Virus record (IMG/VR): IMGVR_UViG_3300021376_000006
DNA from: a virus
Lineage: Duplodnaviria > Caudoviricetes
DNA length: 64,000 nucleotides
Reading direction: 5' to 3' (one strand)
The position numbers and the translations under genes were made by a program. Shown piece after piece: positions 8,713 through 18,825 of this stretch. The notes below the pieces were generated by a model, which saw nothing but the letters and a program-made list of their open reading frames with translations, was not told the DNA's origin and made no database searches. The first letter of the stretch is position 1. Each line of letters opens with the position of its first letter.

Positions 8713-9896
8713 TGAACTCGCAATAGAATCATGTCCAAATTCATACGCCCGTTACCTACTGTTTCAGTTGCTTTGATTTCGTCCAAAAACTTACGTAATT
8801 GAACTTTGCTGGCTCTTGCAAATTCCTTGAGTTTTTCTTCTGGCTTGCGTAGAGTTTTGCCTACAGATTTGACTTCATCAAATCCGGTTAAACTTGTGCC
8901 CTTGACGCCCAATGGGCCATGCAGACTGTCTGCAATGTACTTGTAAAGCTTGCGAGTTTTGGTATTATAAGCCCAAAGTTCTTGTGCCCCAATGATGTCT
9001 ACAGGATTAACGCTAACCAATTTGAGTGTTTTTTCTTCTCGTAGATATTTTAGCTTGCTAACAACTTTTTCTTTGTTTGGTGCCCGTTTGACTCGAGCTT
9101 TTTTAGTAGCTTTTTTAACTTGACGATACTGATCTACTGCTGTCTGTATTGCATCTAAAAATGCAATATGTCGTTTAAAATCAGCTGCACGATAATGGCG
9201 GTACGCTTCTACATACTGTTCGTCCATTCGGTCCATGGCTGCGGTCAAGTACATTCGTATAGTATCTACATAATCCTCAAATTTTCCAAGTTGGCTTTGA
9301 GGAACGCTGTTAGCAACAAAGTAATCATACGCTTTAGGTTCAATTGAACTGCCGGCAACAACTTCGTCATACAAGCCCTCAAAGTGAGCAAGATGCTCAC
9401 TGGTTTTTTCGTTTAATCGGTCTTGAATGGTGGGTGCTAGGACTACTACCGCAGGCTCTGCGGATTTTGTACCTGTTGCAGTTTCTGCAGGTTCAGAATC
9501 TGCTGCTGCAATAGCATTGGCTATCTGTGTTTTAAAATAAGTTAATTCTTTTTCTCGGAACGGCATACCTTGCAAACTGGCCATAAGCAAACTGTAAGCT
9601 GTCATTGACAATGCACGATCCGAACTACGAATAAATGCAGAGACATCGGCTTTTGAATACTTGTTGTCTTGCATCCACTTTACTGCATGCTTTTTTAGAT
9701 CCTTTTGGGTATAAAAGTAATTGTAATAAAAAAAACTTTTACGCAAAAAGTGATCAAATTCCGCTTGCGGCATCTTTAACGCACGTTCAGTGTCCCATAC
9801 TGGTTCGACGCCTGTGTATTTTTCGTCTGTAAACAGTGGGTCTCTAGTTTTTTTGGGTACTCGTTTGGGTGCTTTAACGCTTTGAGCTGTTGTCAT
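8709..9896 (-). CDS. Conserved hypothetical phage protein (early-promoter driven)
   Basis: 395-aa ORF with AAGGAG SD; C-terminal SVNPVDIIGAQELWAYNTKTRKL...KTLRKPEE segment recalled from T4-like phages. Confidence 0.7.
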   Translation of the reverse strand: MTTAQSVKAPKRVPKKTRDPLFTDEKYTGVEPVWDTERALKMPQAEFDHFLRKSFFYYNYFYTQKDLKKHAVKWMQDNKYSKADVSAFIRSSDRALSMTAYSLLMASLQGMPFREKELTYFKTQIANAIAAADSEPAETATGTKSAEPAVVVLAPTIQDRLNEKTSEHLAHFEGLYDEVVAGSSIEPKAYDYFVANSVPQSQLGKFEDYVDTIRMYLTAAMDRMDEQYVEAYRHYRAADFKRHIAFLDAIQTAVDQYRQVKKATKKARVKRAPNKEKVVSKLKYLREEKTLKLVSVNPVDIIGAQELWAYNTKTRKLYKYIADSLHGPLGVKGTSLTGFDEVKSVGKTLRKPEEKLKEFARASKVQLRKFLDEIKATETVGNGRMNLDMILLRVQ

Positions 9897-9925
9897 AATT
9901 GAACTCCTTGTTAACGCAAAATAGT

Positions 9926-9954
9926 ATTATACTATTCTTCGGGTTTTTGGTCAA
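9926..9954 (-). promoter_or_regulatory. Sigma70-type early promoter
   Basis: TTGACC (9954-9949), 17-nt spacer, TATAAT (9931-9926). Confidence 0.75.
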
Positions 9955-10213
9955 GCAGTGTTGCAAACATGAGCCAGGATTGCAATTCTTGCAACTCTTG
10001 TTGTACTTTTGCTAACTGTTCGTCATACTTTACACTATGCCCAAAACGGCGTCTATCTACATCAGCTTGGCTTAATTCTGTAATACTTTGTATTACATTT
10101 TTATACATTCGTTCTAGCTGCCGCTTGTGTTGCAAATTGTACAATGCCCACAAGGAACGCTTGATTTGTGTTTCAATTGCGTCCCAATCTTGCATTGAAT
10201 TAAATTGACTCAT
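9932..10213 (-). CDS. Hypothetical protein (93 aa, helical)
   Basis: ORF directly downstream of a consensus sigma70 promoter. Confidence 0.65.
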   Translation of the reverse strand: MSQFNSMQDWDAIETQIKRSLWALYNLQHKRQLERMYKNVIQSITELSQADVDRRRFGHSVKYDEQLAKVQQELQELQSWLMFATLLDQKPEE

Positions 10214-10219
10214 AGTGTT

Positions 10220-10248
10220 ATTATATGCTATATCCTAATTTATGTCAA
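10220..10248 (-). promoter_or_regulatory. Consensus sigma70 promoter
   Basis: TTGACA (10248-10243), 17-nt spacer, TATAAT (10225-10220). Confidence 0.85.
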
Positions 10249-10260
10249 AGTGGATGCCCG

Positions 10261-10267
10261 CTAAATA
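10261..10267 (+). promoter_or_regulatory. Late promoter variant CTAAATA
   Basis: Motif 20 nt upstream of the GTG start at 10288. Confidence 0.5.
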
Positions 10268-10287
10268 TAAAATAACAGGATACAATT

Positions 10288-11673
10288 GTGCCAAGATTAT
10301 CACTTTGGAAAGACGGGCGTCATAGCAACGACTACAAATTTTTTGACCGCAGAATAAGCGAAATGTTTACTCTAGGTGGCACCGGTATTTTGGTTCACAA
10401 ATATCTTGGCACCAACGAACAAAACACAGTAAAAACAACTTCAGTGTCGCAAGCCGCAGTAGGGCCAACACTAAATTTTAGTACTACAGGTGATGTCCTA
10501 TTAGGAAACTTTGTTGTAGGTGCTGGAATTGCGGCCAATGCTACAGTCATTGCAAAAACTGCAAACACAATTACTTTAAGTGCCAACACCACAACTGCAC
10601 TTGCCGGTAATAGCACTGTGAAATTCTATGAAAATGCCAGCAAGCCCAGTTATATTAATCAGAGCGCGCAAAATATTCAAGACTTGTTTTTCCTAGAAAA
10701 CCGAGACAGAAAGTACGATACAGATGTATATGCCATACGTGGTGTATATCAAGTACAAGATGTTACCTTTGATTTAAGTCAATTTGGCATGTTTTTGCAA
10801 ACCGGCACACTTTTTATGGTTTTTCACATCAACGACATGATTGAAACTATTGGTCGTAAACTCATGCCAGGCGATGTTATCGAACTCATGCATCTCAAAG
10901 ATTACAATCCGTTAGATGACAGTTTGCCGGTGGCACTTAAAAGATTCTATGTAATTAGTGATTGCAATAATGCCAGCGAAGGTTTTAGCCCAACTTGGTG
11001 GCCGCACCTGTGGCGTTGCAAGATCAATCCGCTAACAGACAGTCAAGAGTACAAAGACATACTGAATCAAATAAAGGTTGATACTGATGCGTTTACAGGC
11101 AATGCCGGAAACGTGACACTGGGTTCAGTATCAAGCATTATCAACAAATATATTGAAATTAACGATGCAATTATAAGAGAAGCCGAAACTAATGTTCCAT
11201 TTTCTGGTTACGACATCGATCACATCTATATTAAACCTGCTGATCCTAATTTAGGACCTGGAGATCCAGTGGGTGTTACTGCCGACAATGGATCAGTAAC
11301 CGCCGATCAAATAGCAGTAGATTCAGATTCTGGAGTGGCCAGCCCTGATGCCACTGTAAAAGGCTATCTCACAGGCGACGGCCGAACACCAAATGGTTTA
11401 CCAGTGACATCTGGTATAGCTTTTCCAGGTAGTCCTCGCATTGGCGATTATGCCCTAAGAACCGATTACTTGCCCAATAGACTGTTTAGATGGGACGGCC
11501 GTCGTTGGGTCAAAATTGAAGACAATGTAAGAACAACACTGACTCATGGAAGCAGCAGTCAAACCTTACGTAGTGGCTTTATAAACAACACAAATACATA
11601 CACAAATAACACTGGCGAAGTTACTGAGCGGCAGAGTCTAAGTCAGGCACTCAAACCAAAGGCAGATAATTAA
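10288..11673 (+). CDS. gp14: Neck/head-completion protein with insertions
   Basis: IQDLFFLENRDRKYD, FDLSQFGMF and GRKLMPGDVIEL motifs; precedes the gp15-like gene. Confidence 0.65.
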   Translation: MPRLSLWKDGRHSNDYKFFDRRISEMFTLGGTGILVHKYLGTNEQNTVKTTSVSQAAVGPTLNFSTTGDVLLGNFVVGAGIAANATVIAKTANTITLSANTTTALAGNSTVKFYENASKPSYINQSAQNIQDLFFLENRDRKYDTDVYAIRGVYQVQDVTFDLSQFGMFLQTGTLFMVFHINDMIETIGRKLMPGDVIELMHLKDYNPLDDSLPVALKRFYVISDCNNASEGFSPTWWPHLWRCKINPLTDSQEYKDILNQIKVDTDAFTGNAGNVTLGSVSSIINKYIEINDAIIREAETNVPFSGYDIDHIYIKPADPNLGPGDPVGVTADNGSVTADQIAVDSDSGVASPDATVKGYLTGDGRTPNGLPVTSGIAFPGSPRIGDYALRTDYLPNRLFRWDGRRWVKIEDNVRTTLTHGSSSQTLRSGFINNTNTYTNNTGEVTERQSLSQALKPKADN

Positions 11674-13031
11674 TGGCACAGCAGTTTTTTTACGACGCAC
11701 AGATAAGACGATTCTTGATACAGTTTATGAGGATCGTTAGTAACTTTGAAGTTGAGTTTGGCAAGGATCGGGACGGTACGAGAACGTTACAACGAGTGCC
11801 TGTATACTACGGAGACCCTAGTAGACAAGCTGCTGCTATTTTAAGACAAAACAGCGAAAACGTAATGAACGCTGTGCCTGCAATGAGTGCATACATCAGT
11901 GCTTTTACCTATCAACAGGATCGCATGCAAGAACCTTACTTTGTAAGCAAAATGTCGATGCGGGAACGGCAATACGACCCCGAAACAGGTTTGTATAATA
12001 GCCAACAAGGTGACAGTTACACAATAGAACGACTGATGCCAGTGCCATACAATTTAGAAATAAAGTTAGATGTATGGACTAGTAATACCGAACAAAAAAT
12101 GCAATTGATCGAACAACTGGCTGTATTGTTCAATCCTGCATTTGAGGTTCAAAGCACAGATAATTACATTGACTGGGCCAGTCTTAGTTACGTGCAATTA
12201 ACTGAAGTTATTTGGAGTTCAAGATCTATCCCAACATCAACTGAGGAACCAATTGATGTTGCCACATTAACTTTTATGATGCCAATTTGGATTAGTGCCC
12301 CAGCCAAAGTCAAACGTCTAGGTGTTATTCAAAAATTTATTGGTAGTGTTTATGACGAAACAGGTGCCTTTAGCGCCGACACTATTTTAGCCAATTTAAG
12401 CACACGTAGATATGTAACACCACTGGATTACGGAGTGTTTTATTCAGGTAATCAATTACAATTATTAAAACCGCAAGAAATCGTAGACGCCAACGACAAT
12501 ATTGTTATTGTGGCTCCGCCGGCTACCTGGCGCTCAGTGATTGAAATTTACGGAACTCTTGTGACTGGTTCTACAGAAATTCGACTGGCATTGCCGTCTG
12601 ATTCAGAATTGATTGGAACTATCGCATACCATCCTACCGATCCTTATATTTTATTGTTTGAACCAATTGAAGATACTTTACCTTCTAACACATTGAATCC
12701 AGTTAGTGCTATAATCAATCCGCAAAATGTCAAAGTGGATAGTACCTTGCTATCGCCAACTACCAACACTCGGTATTTGATAACAGCTCCAATTGGGAAT
12801 ATTGGCAATTTACAGGGTAGTGTGGTATGGAATGATCTCGTGGCCAACGCCAATGACATAATTGAATTCAATGGAACAATTTGGCAAGTGGTATTTGACA
12901 GTGAGAACGAAACTGCTGTTGAATATATAACAAACAATCTCACTGGAAACCAGTATAGATGGACTGGGCAGGAATGGGTCAAGAGTGTAGAAGGTGTTTA
13001 TCGAGGTGGTGAGTGGAGTCTGATCATATAG
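11673..13031 (+). CDS. gp15: Tail terminator / sheath stabiliser with C-terminal extension
   Basis: FFYDAQIRRFL, RVPVYYGD and MPVPYNLEIKLDVWTSNTEQKMQLIEQ..VLFNP motifs. Confidence 0.75.
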   Translation: MAQQFFYDAQIRRFLIQFMRIVSNFEVEFGKDRDGTRTLQRVPVYYGDPSRQAAAILRQNSENVMNAVPAMSAYISAFTYQQDRMQEPYFVSKMSMRERQYDPETGLYNSQQGDSYTIERLMPVPYNLEIKLDVWTSNTEQKMQLIEQLAVLFNPAFEVQSTDNYIDWASLSYVQLTEVIWSSRSIPTSTEEPIDVATLTFMMPIWISAPAKVKRLGVIQKFIGSVYDETGAFSADTILANLSTRRYVTPLDYGVFYSGNQLQLLKPQEIVDANDNIVIVAPPATWRSVIEIYGTLVTGSTEIRLALPSDSELIGTIAYHPTDPYILLFEPIEDTLPSNTLNPVSAIINPQNVKVDSTLLSPTTNTRYLITAPIGNIGNLQGSVVWNDLVANANDIIEFNGTIWQVVFDSENETAVEYITNNLTGNQYRWTGQEWVKSVEGVYRGGEWSLII

Positions 13032-13447
13032 GTTGTGGTGCATTAATTTACAGCATTCAAACCAAAAGATATCTTTTTTTATTACGAAATCAAAAACGTC
13101 ATGCCGGGTCGTGGGGTCTAGTGGGCGGAGGAGTGGAATCTGGAGAAACACCAGCTGAAGCTTTGCTAAGGGAAATTCGTGAAGAAATAAATTTAAATGA
13201 TTTCTCGCAGCTAATTCCCTTGGAAAAATTTACCAGTGAATCGGGTAACTTTGAATATCACACGTATTTGATTACGGTGGAAAATGAATTTGTTCCTGAA
13301 CTAAACGATGAACATAGAGGATATGCATGGACCTCGATTGACGATCATCCCAAACCATTGCATCCTGGGGTCTGGCGGACTTTTAATTTCAAGGTTATTT
13401 TAGATAAAATTAAAACGTTTGAAACTGCATTAGAGATCGCATTCTAA
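13013..13447 (+). CDS. NUDIX hydrolase
   Basis: Nudix box GGGVESGETPAEALLREIREEINL. Confidence 0.9.
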   Translation: MESDHIGCGALIYSIQTKRYLFLLRNQKRHAGSWGLVGGGVESGETPAEALLREIREEINLNDFSQLIPLEKFTSESGNFEYHTYLITVENEFVPELNDEHRGYAWTSIDDHPKPLHPGVWRTFNFKVILDKIKTFETALEIAF

Positions 13448-14134
13448 TACTAGATCTCTAAAACTTATTCGTCTTAGATTGACTATTCCATACCAAGCAG
13501 CAGGCATATAACCTCTTCCGGTACTATTTACCAAAACAAAATCAATCAATGGATATGCCTTAAACACATGTACCATAGTCAATGACATGAAGCTGTCATT
13601 TTGAACACTGTAGCGATCATAGATATTGTTACTGGTGTCGGGTGCATCGTTGCCATCAAATCCAATTAGATACACTGTAGGATGTCCATCAAAACAGGCC
13701 AGATATGCTGCAATTGACCCTGAGTTCCAACTAGGATCCTGTGGGATCAGATGAAAAGCGCCGGGATATTGCAAAATTGCGGCACTACTTGAGTATACTA
13801 CATTATCACGGCAATATTCCGTTTGATTTACTTTTTTGATTGCATCTGATCTTGTTACAACCAGAAAATCTGGTGTAAAATCTTTATATAAATCGTTGCA
13901 CCCGTAAGTTTGTATTCTCTTTTTAACATGGCTTTTTTGAAATTCTGCTAAATTAAATTGCAATCTACTGGTTCCATTACCAATGATAACAGCTTTTTTA
14001 CTGAATCCTTGATTATCTAAAGTTCGTGTGATATATTCTTTTTCGTAATTCCATTTACCTTCAATATAGGTTGCCGAAGAATAAATGTCCTCTCCAGGAT
14101 ATGCATTTCTAAATAATCTTTTTATTGTTTTCAT
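13430..14134 (-). CDS. DUF115/Maf-like (sialyltransferase-like Rossmann) protein
   Basis: AVIIGNGTSR, TYGCN, WNSGSIA and VYLIGFD motifs typical of this fold. Confidence 0.55.
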   Translation of the reverse strand: MKTIKRLFRNAYPGEDIYSSATYIEGKWNYEKEYITRTLDNQGFSKKAVIIGNGTSRLQFNLAEFQKSHVKKRIQTYGCNDLYKDFTPDFLVVTRSDAIKKVNQTEYCRDNVVYSSSAAILQYPGAFHLIPQDPSWNSGSIAAYLACFDGHPTVYLIGFDGNDAPDTSNNIYDRYSVQNDSFMSLTMVHVFKAYPLIDFVLVNSTGRGYMPAAWYGIVNLRRISFRDLVLECDL

Positions 14135-14838
14135 TAGAATCTACCAACTGCAACTTCAATGATTTCAACTTGACCATCTTCTAAATTTTGTAAACTTTTA
14201 CCTACTATGCATCCAGGAACAAACTTTGTAAAATCAAGAGCCATTGCTGTGCCTGGTAAGTGGCTTGTTGTTAAAACAGTACCTTTAGATACCGGACCTA
14301 ATACTCGACATGGGACTCTTCCGGTTAACGCTACTGGTAAATTACCGCTAGCAGCATTCATTAAGTAGGCTGGATTACTGGATACAATTCCGGCCACTGA
14401 ACTGTCATATTGTGTTGATGAAATTGTTACTTCATGATTTCCGCCAAAAATCACCACTGTACCGGCTACATATGCAGCATCAGATTTATAATTTTCCGCC
14501 AAGTCGGCATACTGAGCTTGCACAGATTGACCATAAAATATATTCCACCAGGTGGTAGTTGAGCCTATATTATAGGTAATATTTGCTGCAGGCATTATAT
14601 TGCCAGTGACTGTAATGTTACCGGTTACTGAAGGTGTTGTCAAGGTAGGAGTAGTTAACGTTTTATTGGTTAGGGTTTGTGTGGCTGTCCTTTGTACTAA
14701 TTCAAAGCCACCAGCTGTACTACCATCATGAACTCTGATAGTATCAAGAGTGGTGTCAATTGAAATTTCACCTAATGAACCAGTGAAATCATCGTTTTGA
14801 GCTGTTGTTCCCCGTCTAAATTGTACAACTGTTGGCAT
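14134..14838 (-). CDS. Tail fibre/spike protein, Mtd N-terminal-like domain plus C-terminal chaperone-like domain
   Basis: VVQFRRGTTAQ...GEISIDT...RVHDGSTAGG N-terminus; YADLAENY...VALTGRVPCRV...IVGKSL C-terminus. Confidence 0.7.
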   Translation of the reverse strand: MPTVVQFRRGTTAQNDDFTGSLGEISIDTTLDTIRVHDGSTAGGFELVQRTATQTLTNKTLTTPTLTTPSVTGNITVTGNIMPAANITYNIGSTTTWWNIFYGQSVQAQYADLAENYKSDAAYVAGTVVIFGGNHEVTISSTQYDSSVAGIVSSNPAYLMNAASGNLPVALTGRVPCRVLGPVSKGTVLTTSHLPGTAMALDFTKFVPGCIVGKSLQNLEDGQVEIIEVAVGRF

Positions 14839-14866
14839 TTATGTAACTCCTATTTTATACTTATCA

Positions 14867-15598
14867 TTATGAATTTAAATCTGTTGTGCTAAATGAACCA
14901 ATTGGTTCCATTGAATCATATACTGCGTCTAAATGGACATCAAATGCATCTTTGGTGGCAGAGAAATCACCGTAGTCCCCGGTAGGAAACTGAGCTAGCG
15001 TAGAATTGGGAAATCCCAGCACTGCTGAAACTAATGCAGCACCATTTCCACTCCAATAAACTCCGGTTGTTGTGTACACAGTATTAGCGAAAACATTTCC
15101 GCCAACACCCACGCCGCCCAAAACTACTAATGCACCTGTGACATTACTTGTACTGGCTGTGGTATTAGATATAACCAAGTTGCTTTGGAATACAGAAGGA
15201 TTGGCTACAGTACCTCCAGTAAATCCACCTGGTGGTGCCCAGAATGTTTTAGAACCATCGCTGGCAAGAACTTGTCCTGCAGATCCAATGTTGCCATCTA
15301 CATAGATACCTGCATTATTAATTAATAAGACATTACCAACTGAAACATTAGCATAGGTTTGTACAACAAGATTGGCATCGGCTGCACCACTGCTGTTGGT
15401 AAGGATGTGTACAAAACTTTTTGAACTTTCTTGCCAAATAACAGCAGCATTTGAGGTTAGACCGTTGGAACGGTTCATCAAGAAACCAACATCAACATCT
15501 GCCTGAGTCGAACCTTGATGCAACACCAATATTGGATCAGTGAAAGTGCCTACATCGGTGTTAATGTTGGTACTAAGTCTTGGTTTTGTAATTGGCAT
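14867..15598 (-). CDS. Tail-fibre-associated structural protein
   Basis: Shares the STSNVTGALVVLGGVGVGGN beta repeat and an N-terminal DP...N...DVG module with the neighbouring fibre. Confidence 0.6.
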   Translation of the reverse strand: MPITKPRLSTNINTDVGTFTDPILVLHQGSTQADVDVGFLMNRSNGLTSNAAVIWQESSKSFVHILTNSSGAADANLVVQTYANVSVGNVLLINNAGIYVDGNIGSAGQVLASDGSKTFWAPPGGFTGGTVANPSVFQSNLVISNTTASTSNVTGALVVLGGVGVGGNVFANTVYTTTGVYWSGNGAALVSAVLGFPNSTLAQFPTGDYGDFSATKDAFDVHLDAVYDSMEPIGSFSTTDLNS

Positions 15599-15612
15599 TG
15601 CGTATTACCCGA

Positions 15613-18600
15613 TTATGACCTGCCAACTACAACTTCCACTGAGCCTTTTTCGCCTTCGAAGTTGGCCAATGCCTTACCAATCACTGAGCCTAATACTGGG
15701 GCGGCACAAGATCTAGCAAATCCATATCCTGCACTGATCAACATGTCGCCTTTGTATACTGGACCAATCACATTGACAGGAACTCGGCCCAACAGTGCCA
15801 CACTGGCCACTGTGCTGCCTTTGAGACCTCCATTCATCACATGTCCAGGCTGGGATGTGATTACACCAGCAATACGTGTGCTACCTTCCGCCATTGACAC
15901 TGTCACTTCAGCTTCACCACCAAATTCCACCACTGTGCCGGGATTGTACACAGCGTCGGCCAAATAATTTTCAGCTATATCAGCGCCGCCTGTCACAGTG
16001 CTGTTAACAAAAATTTGCTTCCACCAACTGTTCACATTACCTAGATCAAATGTGACGTTGGCACTTGGTTGAACATTTGCTGTCACACTCACATTGCCTG
16101 TAGTATTGAAACTCATTCTTGTGGTTGCTGCACCCGAACCTGCGTTTATATTAGCAAATGAATTTGTAGCTACAAAAGAAACATATCCGTTTGATGATTC
16201 AAGTGTAGACACTGTTGCGGTAGTTGAAAATCTACGAACTTCAATTTTATCGCCGGTGGCCGGAGCTTGTGTAAATGTTAATGTAGTACCGCTTACACTA
16301 TAGGCTGTGGTTGGAATCTGTAAAACACCGTTGGTGCTTACAATAACGCTTTGAGTAGTGGCTGCTGCACCAAGAGTAAAGTTCAAAGTAACATCGTCGC
16401 CGTCAAAGGTGTCAGATGCTACCACAGTGAAGCTTGTTCCTGTGTTTACCCATCCTGAGCCAGAATAAAATTCTAGTTGTGCATTACTGGTGTTAAATCT
16501 AATCATACCAGCTGTATCTGTGCCACCTGAACTTCCCGGTCGTTGTGCTGTAGATCCTACAGGAATTAAAATACTGTCTGTGGTATTAACAATTAGTTTT
16601 GCACCATTGACTAAAGTGCTGGTTGTGGCGCTGTTACCAATCACAACTTGATCATATGTGCTGCTTGGTCTAGCCCAGATTAGTGTTTCATCTGTAGCAC
16701 CTTTAACCACAAAATCATAATTGGCAGTTTTTGTAGTATTAAAAGCAGCACCTAGTCCTACATTTAAATTGGCTGAGATACCTGTACCACCATTAACTAC
16801 CAAAGCACCTGTGGTAGTGTTGGTGCTTGCTGTGCCACTTGCAGCTACTATGTTACCTGATGCGGTAATCGTGCTCGAACTAGTAATTGTAGTAAATGCA
16901 CCAGTTGATGCACTTGTACTACCAATTGGTGTTGCTTGTATACTACCTGCATTGATAGCACCACTAATACCAATACCACCTACAACTACCAATGCACCTG
17001 TAGTGGTATTAGTGCTTGCTGTGCCACTTGCAGCTACTATGTTACCCGAAGAAGTGATTGTGCTTGAACTAGTAATGGTAGTAAATGCACCAGTTGATGC
17101 ACTTGTACTACCAATTGGTGTTGCTTGTATACTACCTGCATTGATAGCACCACTAATACCAGCACCACCTACAACTACCAATGCACCGGTGGTAGTATTG
17201 GTGCTTGCCGTGCCACTTGCTGCAACTATATTGCCAGTAGATTTTAATACTGCAAATGTACCATTGACAGGAGTGGTATTTCCAATAACCGTGTTATTCA
17301 CACTACCACCAGTTACAACTGCATTAGGCGAACTAAAATTATCTGCTACAAATGTAGTGGCACGGCCAGATGTAATGTCTCCTGTTGTAATATTGGCAGT
17401 TGTTATGTTAATTGTAGCAGCACCAATAGTGGTTGCATTTAATTTTTTATTAAGATTCCAACTGTCATCTGCATTTAGATAAGTGAATGTGGCATTAGCA
17501 CCAGCAACTGTTAGGCCTGCACCATTGGCCTCTGCTGCAGATGTGGCATTGGCTGCTACTGTGATGTTGAGATCTTCTACGTTAAGAGTTTCTACATTTA
17601 GAGTTGTTGTGTTACCTAATACCAACAAATTGCCAGTCACTGTCACGTTGCCGGCCACATTCAAGTTAGCACCTACACCAACACCACCAGTTACCACAAC
17701 TGCACCGGTTGATGCCGAATCACTCTGAGTGGCATTGGTAAATGTAGTTGCGCCACTTGCGGTCAAAGTTGTGAATGCCGCAGTTGATGGGGTAGTATTA
17801 CCAATTGGACTGTTATTAACGCTGCCACCAGTTACAACTGCATTAGGCGAACTAAAATTAGTAGCAACAAATGTGGTTGACATTCCGTTTGTGATATTAC
17901 CCGTAGTAGTGTTTAAGGTAGCGGTTGTAGTTGTACCGGCACCAAGGGTGGTAATGTTTCCAGTAGTAGCATTGAGTTGAGCACTTGTAGTAGTACCTGC
18001 ACCTAGTGTGGTAATATTTGCAGTGGTAGCATTTAGTTGAGCACTTGTAGTAGTACCTGCACCTAGTGTGGTAATATTTGCAGTGGTGCTATTCAGCACT
18101 GCACTAGTTGTAGTACCTGCATCTAGTGTAGTAATATTTGCAGTGGTGCTGTTTAAATTGGTAGCATACCAGCTTTCAACATTACCAGTTGTAATGGTTG
18201 CATTTGCTAAATTAGAAATATAACCGCCACTGATCACCGCATTGCCAGTGCTAAAGTTTGTGGCTACCAAAGTAGTTGCTACTGCATTAGTAAAGTTTAA
18301 TGTTGTGGCTGTGATACTTGATGCTGTAACTGCTGTAACAGCATTTAAATTTCCAATTTTAATATTAGCATAACCACTGTTGTTAATACTTACAATACCA
18401 GTACCTGTGTCTGTGGTAGCTATTCCAGTGAATGCCGCATCGGCTTCCGACCATACCCAAGCGGCGTTTACTGCACCAAAACTGCCCAAACTGGCTAAAT
18501 TTCTGTTGACCAGGATACCAATGGTGTAGTTGGTTAACGAACCAGTATATCCGTTGTTAAAAATTACAAAAGGATCCGAAATGAAAGTGTTTATTGCATT

Positions 18601-18768
18601 GATATTACTGCTTGTTCCAGTAATAGTAAGATTACCAATGATGCTTAAATTACTGTTAAGGGTTAAATCTGTGGCAAACAAACTACCAACTAAGGTTTGA
18701 CTTGCAATTTTAGCCGCGGTAATTGTAGCATCGGTAATTTGATTATTTTTAATTCGTGTGACAGCCAT
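15613..18768 (-). CDS. Long tail fibre protein with internal repeats
   Basis: 1051 aa, Thr/Ala/Gly/Asn-rich; tandem repeats; C-terminal GADIAENY chaperone-like domain. Confidence 0.8.
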   Translation of the reverse strand: MAVTRIKNNQITDATITAAKIASQTLVGSLFATDLTLNSNLSIIGNLTITGTSSNINAINTFISDPFVIFNNGYTGSLTNYTIGILVNRNLASLGSFGAVNAAWVWSEADAAFTGIATTDTGTGIVSINNSGYANIKIGNLNAVTAVTASSITATTLNFTNAVATTLVATNFSTGNAVISGGYISNLANATITTGNVESWYATNLNSTTANITTLDAGTTTSAVLNSTTANITTLGAGTTTSAQLNATTANITTLGAGTTTSAQLNATTGNITTLGAGTTTTATLNTTTGNITNGMSTTFVATNFSSPNAVVTGGSVNNSPIGNTTPSTAAFTTLTASGATTFTNATQSDSASTGAVVVTGGVGVGANLNVAGNVTVTGNLLVLGNTTTLNVETLNVEDLNITVAANATSAAEANGAGLTVAGANATFTYLNADDSWNLNKKLNATTIGAATINITTANITTGDITSGRATTFVADNFSSPNAVVTGGSVNNTVIGNTTPVNGTFAVLKSTGNIVAASGTASTNTTTGALVVVGGAGISGAINAGSIQATPIGSTSASTGAFTTITSSSTITSSGNIVAASGTASTNTTTGALVVVGGIGISGAINAGSIQATPIGSTSASTGAFTTITSSSTITASGNIVAASGTASTNTTTGALVVNGGTGISANLNVGLGAAFNTTKTANYDFVVKGATDETLIWARPSSTYDQVVIGNSATTSTLVNGAKLIVNTTDSILIPVGSTAQRPGSSGGTDTAGMIRFNTSNAQLEFYSGSGWVNTGTSFTVVASDTFDGDDVTLNFTLGAAATTQSVIVSTNGVLQIPTTAYSVSGTTLTFTQAPATGDKIEVRRFSTTATVSTLESSNGYVSFVATNSFANINAGSGAATTRMSFNTTGNVSVTANVQPSANVTFDLGNVNSWWKQIFVNSTVTGGADIAENYLADAVYNPGTVVEFGGEAEVTVSMAEGSTRIAGVITSQPGHVMNGGLKGSTVASVALLGRVPVNVIGPVYKGDMLISAGYGFARSCAAPVLGSVIGKALANFEGEKGSVEVVVGRS
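16790..17240 (-). repeat. 189-bp (63-aa) in-frame tandem repeat, about 2.4 copies
   Basis: GNIVAASGTASTNTTTGALVV...TIT(S/A)S repeated; DNA gtgccacttgc at about 16832, 17021 and 17210. Confidence 0.85.
17890..18160 (-). repeat. 60-bp (20-aa) in-frame tandem repeat, about 4.5 copies
   Basis: TTANITTLGAGTTTSAQLNA units; sequence lines 17941-18121 align at period 60. Confidence 0.85.
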
Positions 18769-18796
18769 TACTGATCCTTCTATAAGGTGTTATCAG

Positions 18797-18803
18797 TATT
18801 TAG
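18797..18803 (-). promoter_or_regulatory. Late promoter variant CTAAATA
   Basis: Motif about 29 nt upstream of the fibre ATG at 18768. Confidence 0.5.
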
Positions 18804-18825
18804 CAGAATGGATGGGGTTAAGGTT

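Noticed and set aside
14134-14838. Diversity-generating retroelement suggested by the Mtd-like N-terminus
   Set aside because: No reverse transcriptase in the window, and no template/variable repeat pair differing only at adenines was seen.
16721-17980. Long plus-strand ORFs (253, 81 and 83 aa) opposite the fibre gene
   Set aside because: Antisense shadows of Thr/Ala/Gly-rich codons; no SD or promoter. The same applies to 22933..23547, 30085..30825 and 45191..45673.
16790-18160. CRISPR-like array
   Set aside because: The repeats are in-frame coding duplications with no unique spacers and no cas genes.
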